Of a stretch of 64,000 nt of DNA, positions 1 to 12,417 are shown one piece after another. Within the stretch, counting starts at the first letter, position 1. Each line of letters starts with the position of its first letter. Made by a program: the position numbers and the translations under genes. This DNA is from Azolla caroliniana (Eukaryota > Plantae > Polypodiophyta). The DNA lies in the NCBI GenBank assembly GCA_043228905.1, contig JBHGNT010000018.1:620001-684000 (forward strand), read 5' to 3'. The notes under the pieces are model-generated. The model made no database searches, was not told the origin of the DNA, and saw nothing but the letters and a program-made list of their open reading frames with translations.

Positions 1-547
1 TCCATTATGTTGCATCAAGGAACTCTTGTTTGTCTCATTTCTACACTCTCAATGTCCACTCTCCTCTATGTGGGTTCCCGCACTTTTAATATACGATTGT
101 TTGCCTAAGGAATTTATGGAAAAGTTTACCAATTACATCAAACAATGATCTAATCATGAATTGCTTATACGAGTGTTTGTCTAAGGAACTTAAAGAACTT
201 ATGGAGCCAAATTAGATGTGTTGTTTCCAAGTGCTTTCCACCAAGCACATGTCTTTTAAATCGTGGGCGAGAGTGGGGCTTGAGCTACTAACACTTGTGT
301 ATTATGACTTATTGAACTCTTAATCCCCTCACTTGAATAGTTATTTTAACCAAGACGCAAGATTTATAGGTAGGTTATTAACAAAATATGGTGATACACA
401 AAACCCATGAATCTTAGGACTTGAGAATATCCATGAGATGCAATCCGTTATCAATAATATGTGTAAATTATTAAAAATATAGACGTGTAGCATAAAGCCC
501 ATGAACTAAAATGGAGACTAATGCATAACAGTCATGTTATTTGAGGT

Positions 548-2135
548 TCAATTAGGGGAGCTCTTGCTAGGTGGCTGGCAAATGAAGGGAGCATCGGCAT
601 TCACATCATTACAATAGAGACCGGGTTGTTGACTAAAGCCTTGTGAGGCGAGGGCCTTACGAACTTGTGTGAAGATGTGGCGGTTGGTGATTGGTATGTC
701 ACGCTCGATTGACTCAATGGTGGTACGGATAGCGTTAGTGAGGGCACCATAAGCAAGGCCACCATTCGTGGGGGTCGCGTCTGCCGATATTTGGCTACTT
801 TGGCACCCACTCACAAGGACACCCATACTATGACCTTGTTTGTGTCTGCCATCCTCATACCCACTAGCATTCGTATGATCTTCACTAGATTCTTGTTCTA
901 AACATTGGCTCTCAGGTTGTGAATCTATTACTTTTCTTACCAATCCCTTAAACTTGCCTTGTCCTTTTTGTTCGCTATTATCCCATCCCTTGAGAGATTG
1001 CACGAATCTCTTCACCCTCGGGCTCACATCGTCCCCAAAAACGTCGACAAAAGTTTCCCTTATGTTTCCTACATGAACATCATCTTTCCCCGACTTCTCC
1101 TTTCACACCTTCAACAAAGAATCCAATGGCAACGACTTGTTTTGTATCTTGATATTATCTCCTCCATGGTATTGATTGGTACAATCCGGATTTGCACTCC
1201 CATCCTCGTCATTTCCATATCTTCCCCTTGAAGATTTGAAGCTTTCTCCAATTAGCTCCTTTTCACGTTCAATAAGACCTCCACTATGGCACGAATCCGA
1301 GACTATGGTTAGTTCGACATCATGAGGAAGCTTATCAACCAATGAACAGAAATCTTCATCTACAAAACATGAGATAAAGTACCACAGATTGATATGAAAG
1401 TAAGTACACATAATTTGATGGATCCACAATAAGTTTCAAGGTCTCGATGCTCACTAGGAAAAACCCATTTTAATCCCACTCTGGTATTGCCATGGGTCCC
1501 AACAATTAACCCACTAAAGAAGGTGTCTCATGTCTAGAGTAATATTACTGTCTCTACAGATCCTACACAATTAATATTGCAACCATCTGAACTATTACTA
1601 TGGCCTACCTATTGCCATAGCTCATCTAGAAGGAGAATGGGCTTGTTGTCCATCAATTAGGTTGTGTCACCAATGACATTAGGTTCTAGGCTCAAGCTAG
1701 ATCATTGTTTTTATTGAGAGGAGAAAGTACTTTGGACTCGGTAATACTAACCACAGTCAAGTTTTGTCATTGGAGACAATACATACCATTGATGACATTT
1801 TTGTCGTTGGGGACGATACATTCGTCGAAGCCGGTCTCATCATTCTGATCGGGGTCAGCTTTAATGCACATACCATGGCCACTATTGTGGAAGAAATGGA
1901 CATCCCCAGGCTTCGATTGGCCGATGAGCTCTTGGAGAGCCCGACGAATGGTGATCCCCGTGGGTTTAGGGTACTTGTCATCGGTGTCAATGAGCACTTT
2001 TATGTTGTACTCCGAGAATCCATACTTCTCCACTAGGATTTTATGCATGACCCACACATCATTCACACATCCTTGAAGCTCTTCGTTCGTGCCCGGGTAG
2101 TTGCACCCCACCAAGACAACCCTCTTAATACCCAT
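548..2135 (-). pseudogene. Type II metacaspase with one premature in-frame stop (probable pseudogene or null allele); exon 1 2135-1787, intron 1786-1360, exon 2 1359-548
   Basis: Motifs VLVGCNYPGT, LQGCVND, HNSGHG (catalytic His), DSCHSGGL (catalytic Cys), NKSLPL linker, LVSGCQSSQISAD and QQPGLYC. A GT-AG intron joins NVIN-D-EDF. TGA at 1105-1103 is followed in frame by KEKSGKDDVHVGNIRETF and the 548-1027 ORF. Confidence 0.9.
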
Positions 2136-2156
2136 TATGAGTGTATATTTATCCTT

Positions 2157-3240
2157 GGTTTTCTAATAAGATTTTTAGATCTAATCTCTTGTTTTGGTCC
2201 TATAGGCCTTTCTCCTGGCTCATCAACCTGAGTTTTCTATATGTCTACTCTTATATGTAATCTCTTGTTTGGTCCTATATGTTGTGTAAAGGCGTCCCTC
2301 CTTGCGGGGGAGTCGGCCGAAAAGTCGACTGGTCGAAATCGGTCGAAAAGCCGATTAGAGTCGAATCACTGAAATCGGCCGAAAAACCGAATTACCGAAT
2401 TTGGTCGAAATTCGGAAAGTAAAAGAATAGTCAGTTGCGAAGAACCGAATCGGGGTTAGCTGATTGAATTCAGTGAGAGAGTCAAATTCGTACTCAGTCG
2501 AATAGACACACATATACATATACATATGTCTTCTACATTCAAAGAAGAAAACGACTTTGTATATATATGCTTACAGGCCTGGTAATGCGCCTGTATGTGG
2601 GATAACTCACTAAGAGTGAAATAGTGAGAAAAGGGGAAAACCTACATAGCGTATGTGAGGGTGTGAGATATATATATATGAGAGGAAAACGAGTAGTGTG
2701 TGTGGTGTAAATCTGAGAACGACTGGTTTTCTGCACAGTAGTGGCTGTGTAAGAGTATACGAACTCAGAAGCTAAGTAAGAAGAAAAGAAGTGTGAAGCA
2801 AAAAGAGAAAAAGACAGAGAAGCTTCGGAAGCTTCGGAAGGAATAGTCACCTGCGTGCTAGAGTTTGAAGAGGTTGATTGAAATCGTGGTTTCAGTACAT
2901 GCTCATACCAAATCAGGTTTCTTTGTTCTATGATTGTATTTTGTCATTTCTCATAGTGAAAGCTCTGTTCCGTGGTTTTTCCCTAAATCAGGGTTTTCCA
3001 CGTAAATTGTGTGTTCTTTCTTATTTCCTGTTTGCGTCTAAGTTCAATTTCTGATTTCGAATCGGAGTGAAATTCTTACACTATAGACCTTTCTCAACCT
3101 TAGTTTTCTAATAACACTCTTAGATCTAATATCTTGTTTTGGTCCTATAGGCCTTTCTCCTGGCTCATCAAGCTTAGTTTTCTAATAAGACTCTTCGATC
3201 TATAATCTCTTGTTTGGTCATATAGGCCTTTCTGGCCTCT
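2157..3240. repeat. ~73-bp tandem repeat (about 4 copies) immediately upstream of the metacaspase ATG, split by a solo LTR
   Basis: Unit GTTTTCTAATAAGA...TAATCTCTTGTTTTGGTCCTATAGGCCTTTCTCCTGGCTCATCAA at ~2157, ~2231 (continues at 3081), ~3102 and ~3177. Confidence 0.8.
2280..3080 (+). mobile_element. Solo LTR (~800 bp)
   Basis: TG...CA ends; 5-bp TSD CTATA (2275-2279, 3081-3085); the host repeat unit rejoins across it; U5-like GTGGTTTTTCCC...GGGTTTTCCACGTAAA motif shared with Tork-like LTRs in this window. Confidence 0.8.
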
Positions 3241-4257
3241 TAAAACCTGTTTATAACAGCTTTCTCTCTAAATCCTTTCTTTCTCAGGCTACCTTTAATG
3301 GTTAGGCATAAGACATTTAGTATCTCTGTAGTTAGTCAATCTAGGGTTTAGAGAACAGGTCTTCGTTATCTATCACTGCTCATTCGTCCATTTCCTTTAC
3401 CATTGCCCATTTGTCTTTGTCTCATTGACCTGGGCACTCATTGCCTTTTTCCTCACCTACTTTGTGCTGCCTAATAAACAACAAAAATAGGTATATCCTC
3501 CCCCCATCAAATCTTGACTATTTTATTGACTTTCCTGCCTTGATCCTGACAATTCATCACTAGGCCTCATCTTCTTGACTTTCCTATTAGCTTGAACCTA
3601 CCAAAACTCTATTTTATAACAACATTTCTACATCAATTTTTCTTTTGAAAGCTTGGACCCCATCAATGTATCCTCTCTCTCCTCTTTGTATCTCTTTAGC
3701 AAGAGCTAGAAACTTGAACAACACACAAGATTTATCGATAGGATTGACGAACCATCGAAAGAAAATGAACAAAGACTTTGCGCCTGACCCTTGAACAATC
3801 AATCCATAGGATTGACAATCAATCCAAATAATTAAATAAACACTTCACTCTTGATCTTGACCCTCTCACTCCCTCCACTTGTGGTAGATAAATCAACAAT
3901 TTGAAGTGTCCCATCATCGCAATCATCCATGGAGAAACCTCTTGTGCAAAAATTATAGTTGTTCTAACATCACAAATTGTTGCCTAATCAATCATATATG
4001 GGGGTGGGTTCATCTTTACTCCTACCAACTTGATCACCCACAAGTCTCTTTTCCATTAAGAATTTCCAATTATTATACAGCTCCCTTACTATAGTCTTTT
4101 TGGTTAGCTTATCCCCTGCCCCCTCCGCCCCCACCCCCCAAACACTAACATTTTGTCTCGCATAAGGTTTTTCTTATTTCCCAAGTGTTTCTCTATTTTT
4201 AATTGCAATTGTAAGTTTTTTCTAATCACATATAATATTTTAGTTCTCTCCTAACCA

Positions 4258-4580
4258 CTTTTTGCTTTTTATTGTTAGTTTTCTCTCTAACAAATATATC
4301 AAGTATTGGTCAGATTTTAAGGGATAAACTCTATTTCTCAAACCTTCTTTTAATTATTATTATTATTGAATCAAGTTTTCCTTTGAAGGAGCCTATAAGA
4401 CTCATATCATTTTGCTTTTTGTTAGTTTTCTCTCTAACAAATATAATAAGTATTGGTAAGATTTTAAGATAACCTTTATTTCTCAAACCTTTTGATTATC
4501 ATTATTGAATCTAGTTTCCCTGAAGGGGATCTATGCGGCTGATATATTTGATTATTGCCTATATGACTCATATATTTGAT
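4258..4580. repeat. ~150-bp direct tandem duplication
   Basis: TTTTGCTTTT..GTTAGTTTTCTCTCTAACAAATATA..AAGTATTGG..ATTTCTCAAACC..ATTATTGAATC occurs at ~4258 and ~4409. Confidence 0.7.
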
Positions 4581-5206
4581 TATTGCAGTTCAAGGGCCAT
4601 TGCCGAGTCTCGAGGGGTTGACTTCCTCCCATGGGCTAACCAAGGGATTGGGAACATTACTCCATAATTGCAAAGAGACCATCATACTTTTAATACATAA
4701 AAACACTTTACTTTAGACTCCATATAGTTGTTAAAGCCTTAAAGGGTTCTTAAGTTAAATTAACATTAACACACATGTGCACTCGCTACAACATTTAAGA
4801 AATATGTTTCTTTTAAGGAATGAGATAAGGAATATATGAGGTGTCTAGATTAAGTAGATAATTTAAATGTAAAAAAAACATGTATGTCTCAAGTAATTAA
4901 CGTGGAAAAGCTATGTGGAGGATTGTGGCTCTTAGTGGAAGCAAGGAGGAGAGAATAAGAACGAATAGGTAGCCCTAAAGCTCTATTTACTTGAGAGCTC
5001 TTACCCTTTTATACAAGATGGAACCACACAACTTTTAACAAAAGAAATCACCCTTGTTATTATTGATTTAAGTTTTCTACTCATGTTATGAGAACCTAAT
5101 AAAGTGTGGTGGTTCGTGGATGCCAAACATGTTGAAATTGTGTATTTAATGACAAACACAAATGAACGACATACTTTCAAATATGATATCAAAATCCGAT
5201 TGTTAT

Positions 5207-5662
5207 TGTAAAGAATCAATGGTGATTCTTGTGTAGCGGAAGAGATGTGTGTTATGTTTATGTGTGAGAGGAAAGAGGAGAGGAGAGAAACACAAGATGG
5301 ATAAGAGACAAAATGAAGTACTCAAGAAGAAGGAGATGTATATTAACAAGGAGAATATGATAAATGAAAATGTAGCATTACAAGGAGTCACAACCGACTT
5401 AGTATGAAGTATGAGGAGGGTGCTTTATATAGAGTTACCCTCTCTCTTCATTAATTTACAACAACCACTCTCTCTCTTGGGGAATGAGAAGACTCATAGT
5501 CATGGGGAATATGTAACTCATTAGTTATGTGTCATAGAATATGATTCTATGACACATAGTTAATGTGTAGAGAGTAGTGGTGTGACTCTTAACCTTTGAG
5601 TAATCATAGATTCTCAAAAGGTGTGTTCACACGTTGTGCTATGTTGAGCTTGATTCTCAATA
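5207..5662 (-). mobile_element. Copia solo LTR (family of the 39437-39881 LTR)
   Basis: Reverse complement aligns with TGTTGAGAATCAAGCTCAACATAG...GATTCTTTACA; TSD GTTAT at 5202-5206 and 5663-5667; terminal CA mutated to TA. Confidence 0.85.
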
Positions 5663-5668
5663 GTTATT

Positions 5669-5743
5669 TGTAAAGAATCAGATATGATTCTGTGTAGCGG
5701 AATGGGTGTGTGTCTGTGTATGTAGTCAAGAGTGTGTATGTGT

Positions 5744-5785
<42 letters not shown>

Positions 5786-5800
5786 AAAACAAGAAAACTA
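5669..5800 (-). mobile_element. Truncated LTR end of a related Copia family, with (GA)n
   Basis: TGTAAAGAATCAGATATGATTCTGTGTAGCGGAA matches the end of the adjacent solo LTR; the other end was not found. Confidence 0.55.
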
Positions 5801-6404
5801 TATTAACAAAAGGGTTCATCATCAAATGGAAGGGTTCCAACAAAGACTCCAAGACACGCTTCGATCCCGGCAAGAGGAAATGGATCAACTTAATAGTCAA
5901 CTTACTTGTCTCAAACTCCATTTTAACAGAAAACAAAGGATGATTGATGACCTCCAAGCAACTCTTAACACATAGGAGGAGATAAACAAGATGCACATAG
6001 CTACATTGAAACCAGCAAAGAGGCCATGACTCAACGCTACCAACAACTCACCGAGAAGTATGACTAGGTGCGAAACATAGTCATAGTGGCAAAAGCAAAA
6101 GTGATGTTCGAGCATGACTCTAGGACAGGTCGACAAGAAGAGCTGAAAAATGAAGTTAGTGCTTTAAAATATTGACTCAGCATAGGAGAGGAAAAGGTAA
6201 AGGCCATATTAAATAGACACAAGCAAAAGATGCATCAAGCCATCACAAAGACTTTGGACGAAGGTTGGAAGCAGTGGTCGGTTCAAGCAGTTGAATTACA
6301 ATTGTTAAGGGCCAACCACGAGAACAAGAAAAAGCAGGGTCAAGGATTTTTCAAGATGGATGAGGCGAGCATAACCACAAAGAATTGATAGCACAACATA
6401 AGGA

Positions 6405-8960
6405 TGTTAGGATTTTTTGTCCCTCCTAAGGGAGAGATCAGTTGGCTGATTGGGAAAACTCAGCAGTTGAATGGAGTCGACTAGTCAGGCCGACGGGATG
6501 GTCGATTGAATTGACCAACGAGTTGACTAGGAGAGCCGACATGGAGGGTCGAAAGTATTTGATAGATGATCCAAGTCGAAGACAAGACTGACTAGTCAGG
6601 CTAAGTGGATGGTCGAAGACAAGGCCGACTAGTCGGGCCGACTAGATAGCCGACATAGGAGTCGACTAGTCGAATCGGCTAGTTGATTAGTCGGTTGATT
6701 AGCGATTATTATTATTATTATATAATGATAATAATAACTTACCTCCTATCTATAAATATATAAAGCTAGGGTAGAACTCAGTAAAGAGAAACAGAACATA
6801 ATGAAGGTTGTACAGTGTGTGTGTGTGTGTGTGTGTGGAAAAAGAGATACAGAGAGAGAGAGGTAATGAGTGACGACACAATTTCCGTAGGAACTAGCCA
6901 AGATCCCTAAGTTACAAAGAGTTTGTAATATGTTCTTTCTCCCTTTGTAGTCTTTGTTCACATAGTGGAATATCTGTTCCTGTGGTTTTCCATTGCTTTA
7001 GGGTTTCCACGTAAATCTTGTGTACTATCTGTTCTATCTATTTTGCTGTTTTTTGTTTCCGTATTGTATTTTTCAGCATATCCTTCTCAAGATCTACGGT
7101 TCCTTTCCTCACAAACTGATATCAGAGCTTGGGGTGTAGTAATAGAAGGAGGTGTGAGTGGCTTCCCTGGTTTGATAGTCCTAAACTCACATAACTACTC
7201 TGACTGGAAGATAAAAATGGAAGATCTTCTAATTGTCAAAGATTTGTATGAGCCCATGGACAGAGAAGAAATACCCACAGGGGTATTAGAGTCTGAATGG
7301 AAACTCGTGAACAGGAAGGTAGTGGCCACCATAAGATAGTGCATAGATGTGAGTGTCCTTCAGTATGTGGCTAATGACACTAATGCCTATGAGATGTGGC
7401 AGAAGTTGTCAATGCTATATGAGAGGAAGAATGCCCTCAACAAGACATCTTTGATGAGAAAGATAGTAAGGTTGAAGTACAAAGACGACGAAAGCATAGT
7501 GGTACAAATCAACACATTCATGGGGCTAGTAAATCAACTTGCGGTAGCCAAGTTCCCCCTTGATGATGCTATGTAGGCCTTGTTGTTGTTGTGTACCTTG
7601 CCGGACAGCTAGGAGAACTTGGTGGTGAGTCTCAACAGCTTGTGTCAAGAAGAAAACTTGTCTCTACAAGTGGTAAAGACAAGTATCTTGAACTAGGAGA
7701 CAAGAAGGAAGGACAAGGGTGTCCTATCCCAGTGAAATGCAAATGTGTTGCAACATTCGGGCAGAGGAAGGAACTCACAAAGAAGGGACAAGTCCCATGC
7801 CAGATTCATGTCCAGAGGTAAGCTTAAATGATTTCATTGTGGAAAACCTAGACACTTTAAGAAGGACAAAGGTGTCTCAAATGATGTCGAGCCTAGAAAG
7901 ATTTATGATGAAAATGACATTTTAACCATGGCTACAAGCGAAGAGGAAATCTTGTTCATTTGCGAGCAAGCAAGTGCAAACCTTGCAAATGAAGAGTGCA
8001 CCTGGGTGGTGATTGACTCCGATGCATCATTTCACATAACTCCTTCAAGAGAGTGGTTCTCGTCTTACACAGTCGGTGACTATGGCTATGTGAAGATGGG
8101 ACATAATGGAGAATGCAAGATAACCGGCATAGGAAGTGTGTGCCTAACAACATCGATTGGTTGTCGGCTAACTCTAAGGGATGTTTGACATGTCCCTGAT
8201 ATCATGTTGAATCTGATATCAACTAGAAGATTGGACGATGAAGGCTACAATGGTAGTTTTCGAAATGGCAAATGTGGGGGAACCTCATAGTGGCTCGAGC
8301 ACAGAAACATGGCACATTGTATATGATGCAAGCCAAGTTGTTCAAGGATGAAGCAAATGTGGTTGTCAACTCAAGTAGAGAGATATGGCATAGGAGGCTC
8401 GGCCATATGAGCGAGAAGGGAATGCATATCCTAGCCGACCAGAAACTCCTTCCAGAAGTAAAAGGAGTGCACTTGGAGAAGTGTGTTGATTGCTTGGTTG
8501 GAAAGTAGAACAGAGCAACATTCCAAAGAGGTGAGAATGTGCACTAGATGTGGTCCACATGGATGTGTGCTACGTGGATGCTCCATCATATTGTGGTGGA
8601 TAGTACTTTGTGACATTCATCGGCGACTACAACAAAAAGTTGTGGGCTTTCGTGCTAAAGTCAAAAGATCAGGTGTTCTCGGTCTTCAAAGAATTTCAGG
8701 CTAGAGTTGAAAGGGAGTCGGGTCGGAAGTTGAAGGCTATCTGAACCGACATTGGTGGCAAGTACATAGGACAATTCGAAGAGTACTACAAGTCCCAAGG
8801 TATTCGAGTCAAATATAGAGTGCCAAAAACCCCTGAGTTGAATGGGCTTGCGGAGAGGATGAATTGAACTATTATGGAGAGAGTGAGGAGCATGTTGTCA
8901 CATGCAAAGCTATTGAAATCATATTGGGCTGAGGCGATGTACACGACTATTTATCTTATC
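6405..8960 (+). mobile_element. Degenerate, 3'-truncated Tnt1/Tork-like Copia element (5' LTR 6405-7113, PBS, gag-PR-INT remnants)
   Basis: TGTTAGG...CTCACA; PBS variant TGATATCAGAGC 7117-7128; WKIKMEDLLIVKDLYEP, WVVIDSDASFH and WHRRLGHMSEKG motifs homologous to ORF 57605-61678; many stops. Confidence 0.85.
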
Positions 8961-9174
8961 ACTAAACGAGGCTGCAAGAAAACGAGGCCCAATATGATTT
9001 CAATAGTGAATATCAATACGATGTACTAGTGAATATCAATAAACGAGGCTGCAAGAAAACTCTAAACTTAATACATTATCCTGCAGTCAAGGTGCAAAGA
9101 CCTAAACTAATATGCATAATCACTTAGAATATAGATGTTTGGACAAATCTTTATCATAGTATTCTGGAAATTTG

Positions 9175-9990
9175 TGTTAGGAATTTGTCACTTCTATGGG
9201 AGAAGTCATAGTCGACAATCAAAGTCTTTGAGAGAAGTCGGCAGTCGAACACTGGATGGTCGATTGGATCGACCAACGAGTTGACAGGGTCGTCGACTGG
9301 TTCTTGGAGGAGATAGAGAGCCAACTATGATAGTTGACTACATAGATGGATGCTCCAAGTGAAGACAAGGTTGACGAGTCCGGATGATTAATTATTATAT
9401 ACATTATATAATGTGGAATTTAATGTGCGGAAGCTTAAACAAACTGGCTTTTCCAGATAGCAACAAAAAATAGAACTAAGGTTTAATAGAAAGCTTGAAT
9501 CACACACAGAGAGTACGCGGGAGAGACGGAGAGGGCAGAACAGTAAACTCAATTTCAAAAATATCACCCTGTACATACAATGTGCTCAGTGAGCACTTTT
9601 ATACAAGTCCTTAAAAGGACTGGCAGAAGTATTGACAAGTAATTCAATGCTCGTACCAAGCGACTGACATTGACTCCCAAAAATATGCCTACGTACTAGG
9701 CTAGGATCGTAGGCCTCTAATGGCCTACCGGTTACACTCAGATTCGGACACTAATCCGGCTCTTGGCTTCTTCATCCAATCTAAATCATGTTGAGCTTGC
9801 TCAATAATAATAATAACAACTATATTTGTAAATAGCCCATACTGTGTATGAGTATAAATACACCTAGGGGAAACATTATGATGTGGATGCAAGTTAGAGT
9901 TTTTGTAGTTGTGAGCAAAAGAGAGAGTGTAACAGAGAGTAGGAAGATACGCGAGAGCGTTCTCGTGAAGATACGTCTGAACTACGTGCG
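9175..9990 (+). mobile_element. Tork-like LTR remnant interrupted by a minus-strand Copia LTR (~9412-9806)
   Basis: Start TGTTAGGAATTTGTC resembles the 6405 LTR. The inner segment ends GTTGAGCTTGCTCAATA and carries GTGCGGAAGC and GAGCACTTTTATACAAGTCC as in LTRs 27914-28317 and 55594-56007. TSD is ambiguous in an AAT tract. Confidence 0.6.
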
Positions 9991-9991
9991 G

Positions 9992-10590
9992 ATCGTGACG
10001 TGGAACCGCCGGGGTTCTAGACCGGAAGGATTCGAAGTTTGGACTAGCTTTAGCGAGAAAGGATTTAAGGTAGATTGAGATTAAGATTCCAATTATGAAA
10101 CAGATTGAGAAAGATTGATATGGAGAGATAAATTAACATCAAACTCTTGACTTTAGATTTGAAGAACACGATATAACATCAATTGGATAACGAATTTTCT
10201 TCTTATTAAATTCTTGATTAATACATGGCTCCCTTTGATATTTTTCATCCACTCTTTTATAGACGCTCCCATGCATATGAGGGTACAAGACATGCATACA
10301 ATGCATGGAATGCATGTGATGCATGTTTGCCATTTGGCGCTCATGCATTACATGTGATGCATGATAACCATGTCACTCATTCAAGCTCTAAAATGAGAAT
10401 TTACATGTAAAAGTATAATGATAGGAAAAACATTCTTAAGGAAATGACTTAGCTTAGTGGTAAGTCTATTGCCTCCTATCTTGGAGGTGCAAGGTTCAAG
10501 CCTTGCTTGCATCCACTTGTATACAAACTTTTACTAGGTTTCTTTTAGTCTAGATATTTTGTTCGTTTCACATCAAAATCGTCGCAATCA
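9992..10590 (-). mobile_element. LTR remnant homologous to solo LTR 43522-44527 (boundaries approximate)
   Basis: Reverse complement shares ATCATGCATCACATG, CATGTCTTGTACCCTC, ATATGCATGGG..CTAT(A/T)(A/T)AA and the terminal CCACGTCACGA with the 43.5-44.5 kb LTR. Confidence 0.65.
10444..10510 (+). promoter_or_regulatory. tRNA-like Pol III A/B-box module inside an LTR (antisense to the LTR)
   Basis: A box TAGCTTAGTGG 10450-10460; B box GGTTCAAGCC 10493-10502 in a GCAAGG/CCTTGC stem; TTTT about 30 nt downstream. Confidence 0.65.
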
Positions 10591-12417
10591 ATCTTTCTGA
10601 TTGATCCGTTTATCCGGTCCATCCAACCCGGTGATCCGGTCTATTTGGTCCGGTTTGGTCGCCGTCGCCATCCGGTTCCGGTTCGGCATCGTCCGTCGTT
10701 CCAGTTCTGGTTTTGTCGATGTCTGTCAGTTCTAGTTTTCGTTCCGTCACCGTCCGGTCACCCAAAACCATTACAAGTAGTTAAGCCACAATTTAGCCCA
10801 AGAACATTCTGTGCTCCACACATAGACAGAAAGTAATAAGTTCTAGCTTTGCTTATATACTGTGGGATCCTAATTTGTCCTTTCTATGTGGGTTATCTCA
10901 TGGTTTTGTTTTTCTCTTCTTCTTCTCAAACTTCACATTCACAGAACTTGACATTTAGTTATCGGTTTCAAATGTAGTAAAATACATTCGGAAGCTCTTG
11001 AAGACTTCCATCTTCATGTACTAAGATATTAAGCTAATCTAAAATAGTATCTTCACTATTATTGTTTCATGTCTTGTGTGAAGAACCACACTTGATTTTG
11101 TACATTCCTCACAATTTTCACACCATTCCCAAAAATCTTCACGGTAGCGTGCAAGAGAGAGACGTAGAGTTTAGTGAAATTTGTTGAAACCCTAAAATGG
11201 TATTCTCTATTTATAGAGGCCTGTAAAGATGGAAGATCTTCTAATAGTCAAAGATCTATACAAGCCCATAGACATAGAAGAAATACCCACGGGGGTATTG
11301 GAGTTTGAATGGAACCACATGACGAGCCATAAGGAGTGGTTCTCGTACCTTGAAAAACCGATACAACCTAGAGTAGTCGCAACTGGAGACGACACTTCGC
11401 ATCCGATCGCGAATGTCGGAGAAGTTCCCCTTAGCCATGTCGGGCAGAAAGGGAAACTCAAGAATGTGTTGCACGTTCCGACAATCACGAAGAACTTGGT
11501 CTCGGTCGGACAGATCGTTGACCAAGGGATGGAGGTTCGGTTTACACACCTCGGGTGCTTCATTGAGGAAGAAGGCCGTGTGATTGCGCAAGGGCGTAGA
11601 GACGGGAGGATGTTCATCCTCGACTCCATTGACGGCGGCATCGCAATGTTCGCGAAGGGACAAAAATCCAAGTCGGACATCGACTTGTGGCACAAGCGGA
11701 TAGGCCACGTCAACCACCAGCGGCTTCAAGATCTGCAATCGAAACAGGTAGTGTTCGGATTGCCCAAATTTAGTGGCCGAAAGGCACAAATTTGTGAAGT
11801 CTACCAGCTCGGGAAGCAACACCGACTTCCTTTCCCCAACGAGCAAAACCGGAGCCAGAACAAGCTCGACCTTATACACTCCGATGTGTGGGGGCCGGCA
11901 CAAAACGTTAGTCTTGGCGGGAGCCGATATTTCGTCTCCTTCATCGACGACCACATGTGGCACATGTGGATCTACCTCATTGAGAGGAAGAGCGAAGTCT
12001 TCGATTGTTTCCGGGACCTCAAAGGGTTCGTGGAAACAGAAACGAGACGGAAGATCAAGTGCCTGCGGTCGGATGGCGGGAAAAAGTACTTTTCTGGTCA
12101 ATTCAACGGTTATCTACAACAAATGGGAATTTGGCGCGAATTCAGTTGTAGATACACGCTAGAGCAGAACGGCGTGGCTGAGAGGAAGAATCGGTCAGTT
12201 GTGGAAGCGGCACAGGCAATGTTGGAGGAGAAGAGCTTGCCCAAGTTCTACTGGGCCGAGGCGGTAAGGACCGCGGTATACATCCAGAACCGGATCGGAG
12301 ACAAAGTGTCGGCGCACGAGCTATATTTCGGAACGAAGCCGAACTTGCGACACTTGAGGGTGTTCGGTAGCATTGCGTATGTGCATGTACCGAAGGAGAA
12401 AAGGAGGAAGTTGGACG

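Noticed and set aside
1103-1105. Selenocysteine or programmed readthrough at the metacaspase TGA
   Set aside because: Land plants lack Sec machinery, the position probably corresponds to a Leu, and no readthrough context is evident.
5800-6400. Degenerate coiled-coil-like coding fragment
   Set aside because: Multiple stops and no motif I recognise; it cannot be assigned without a search.
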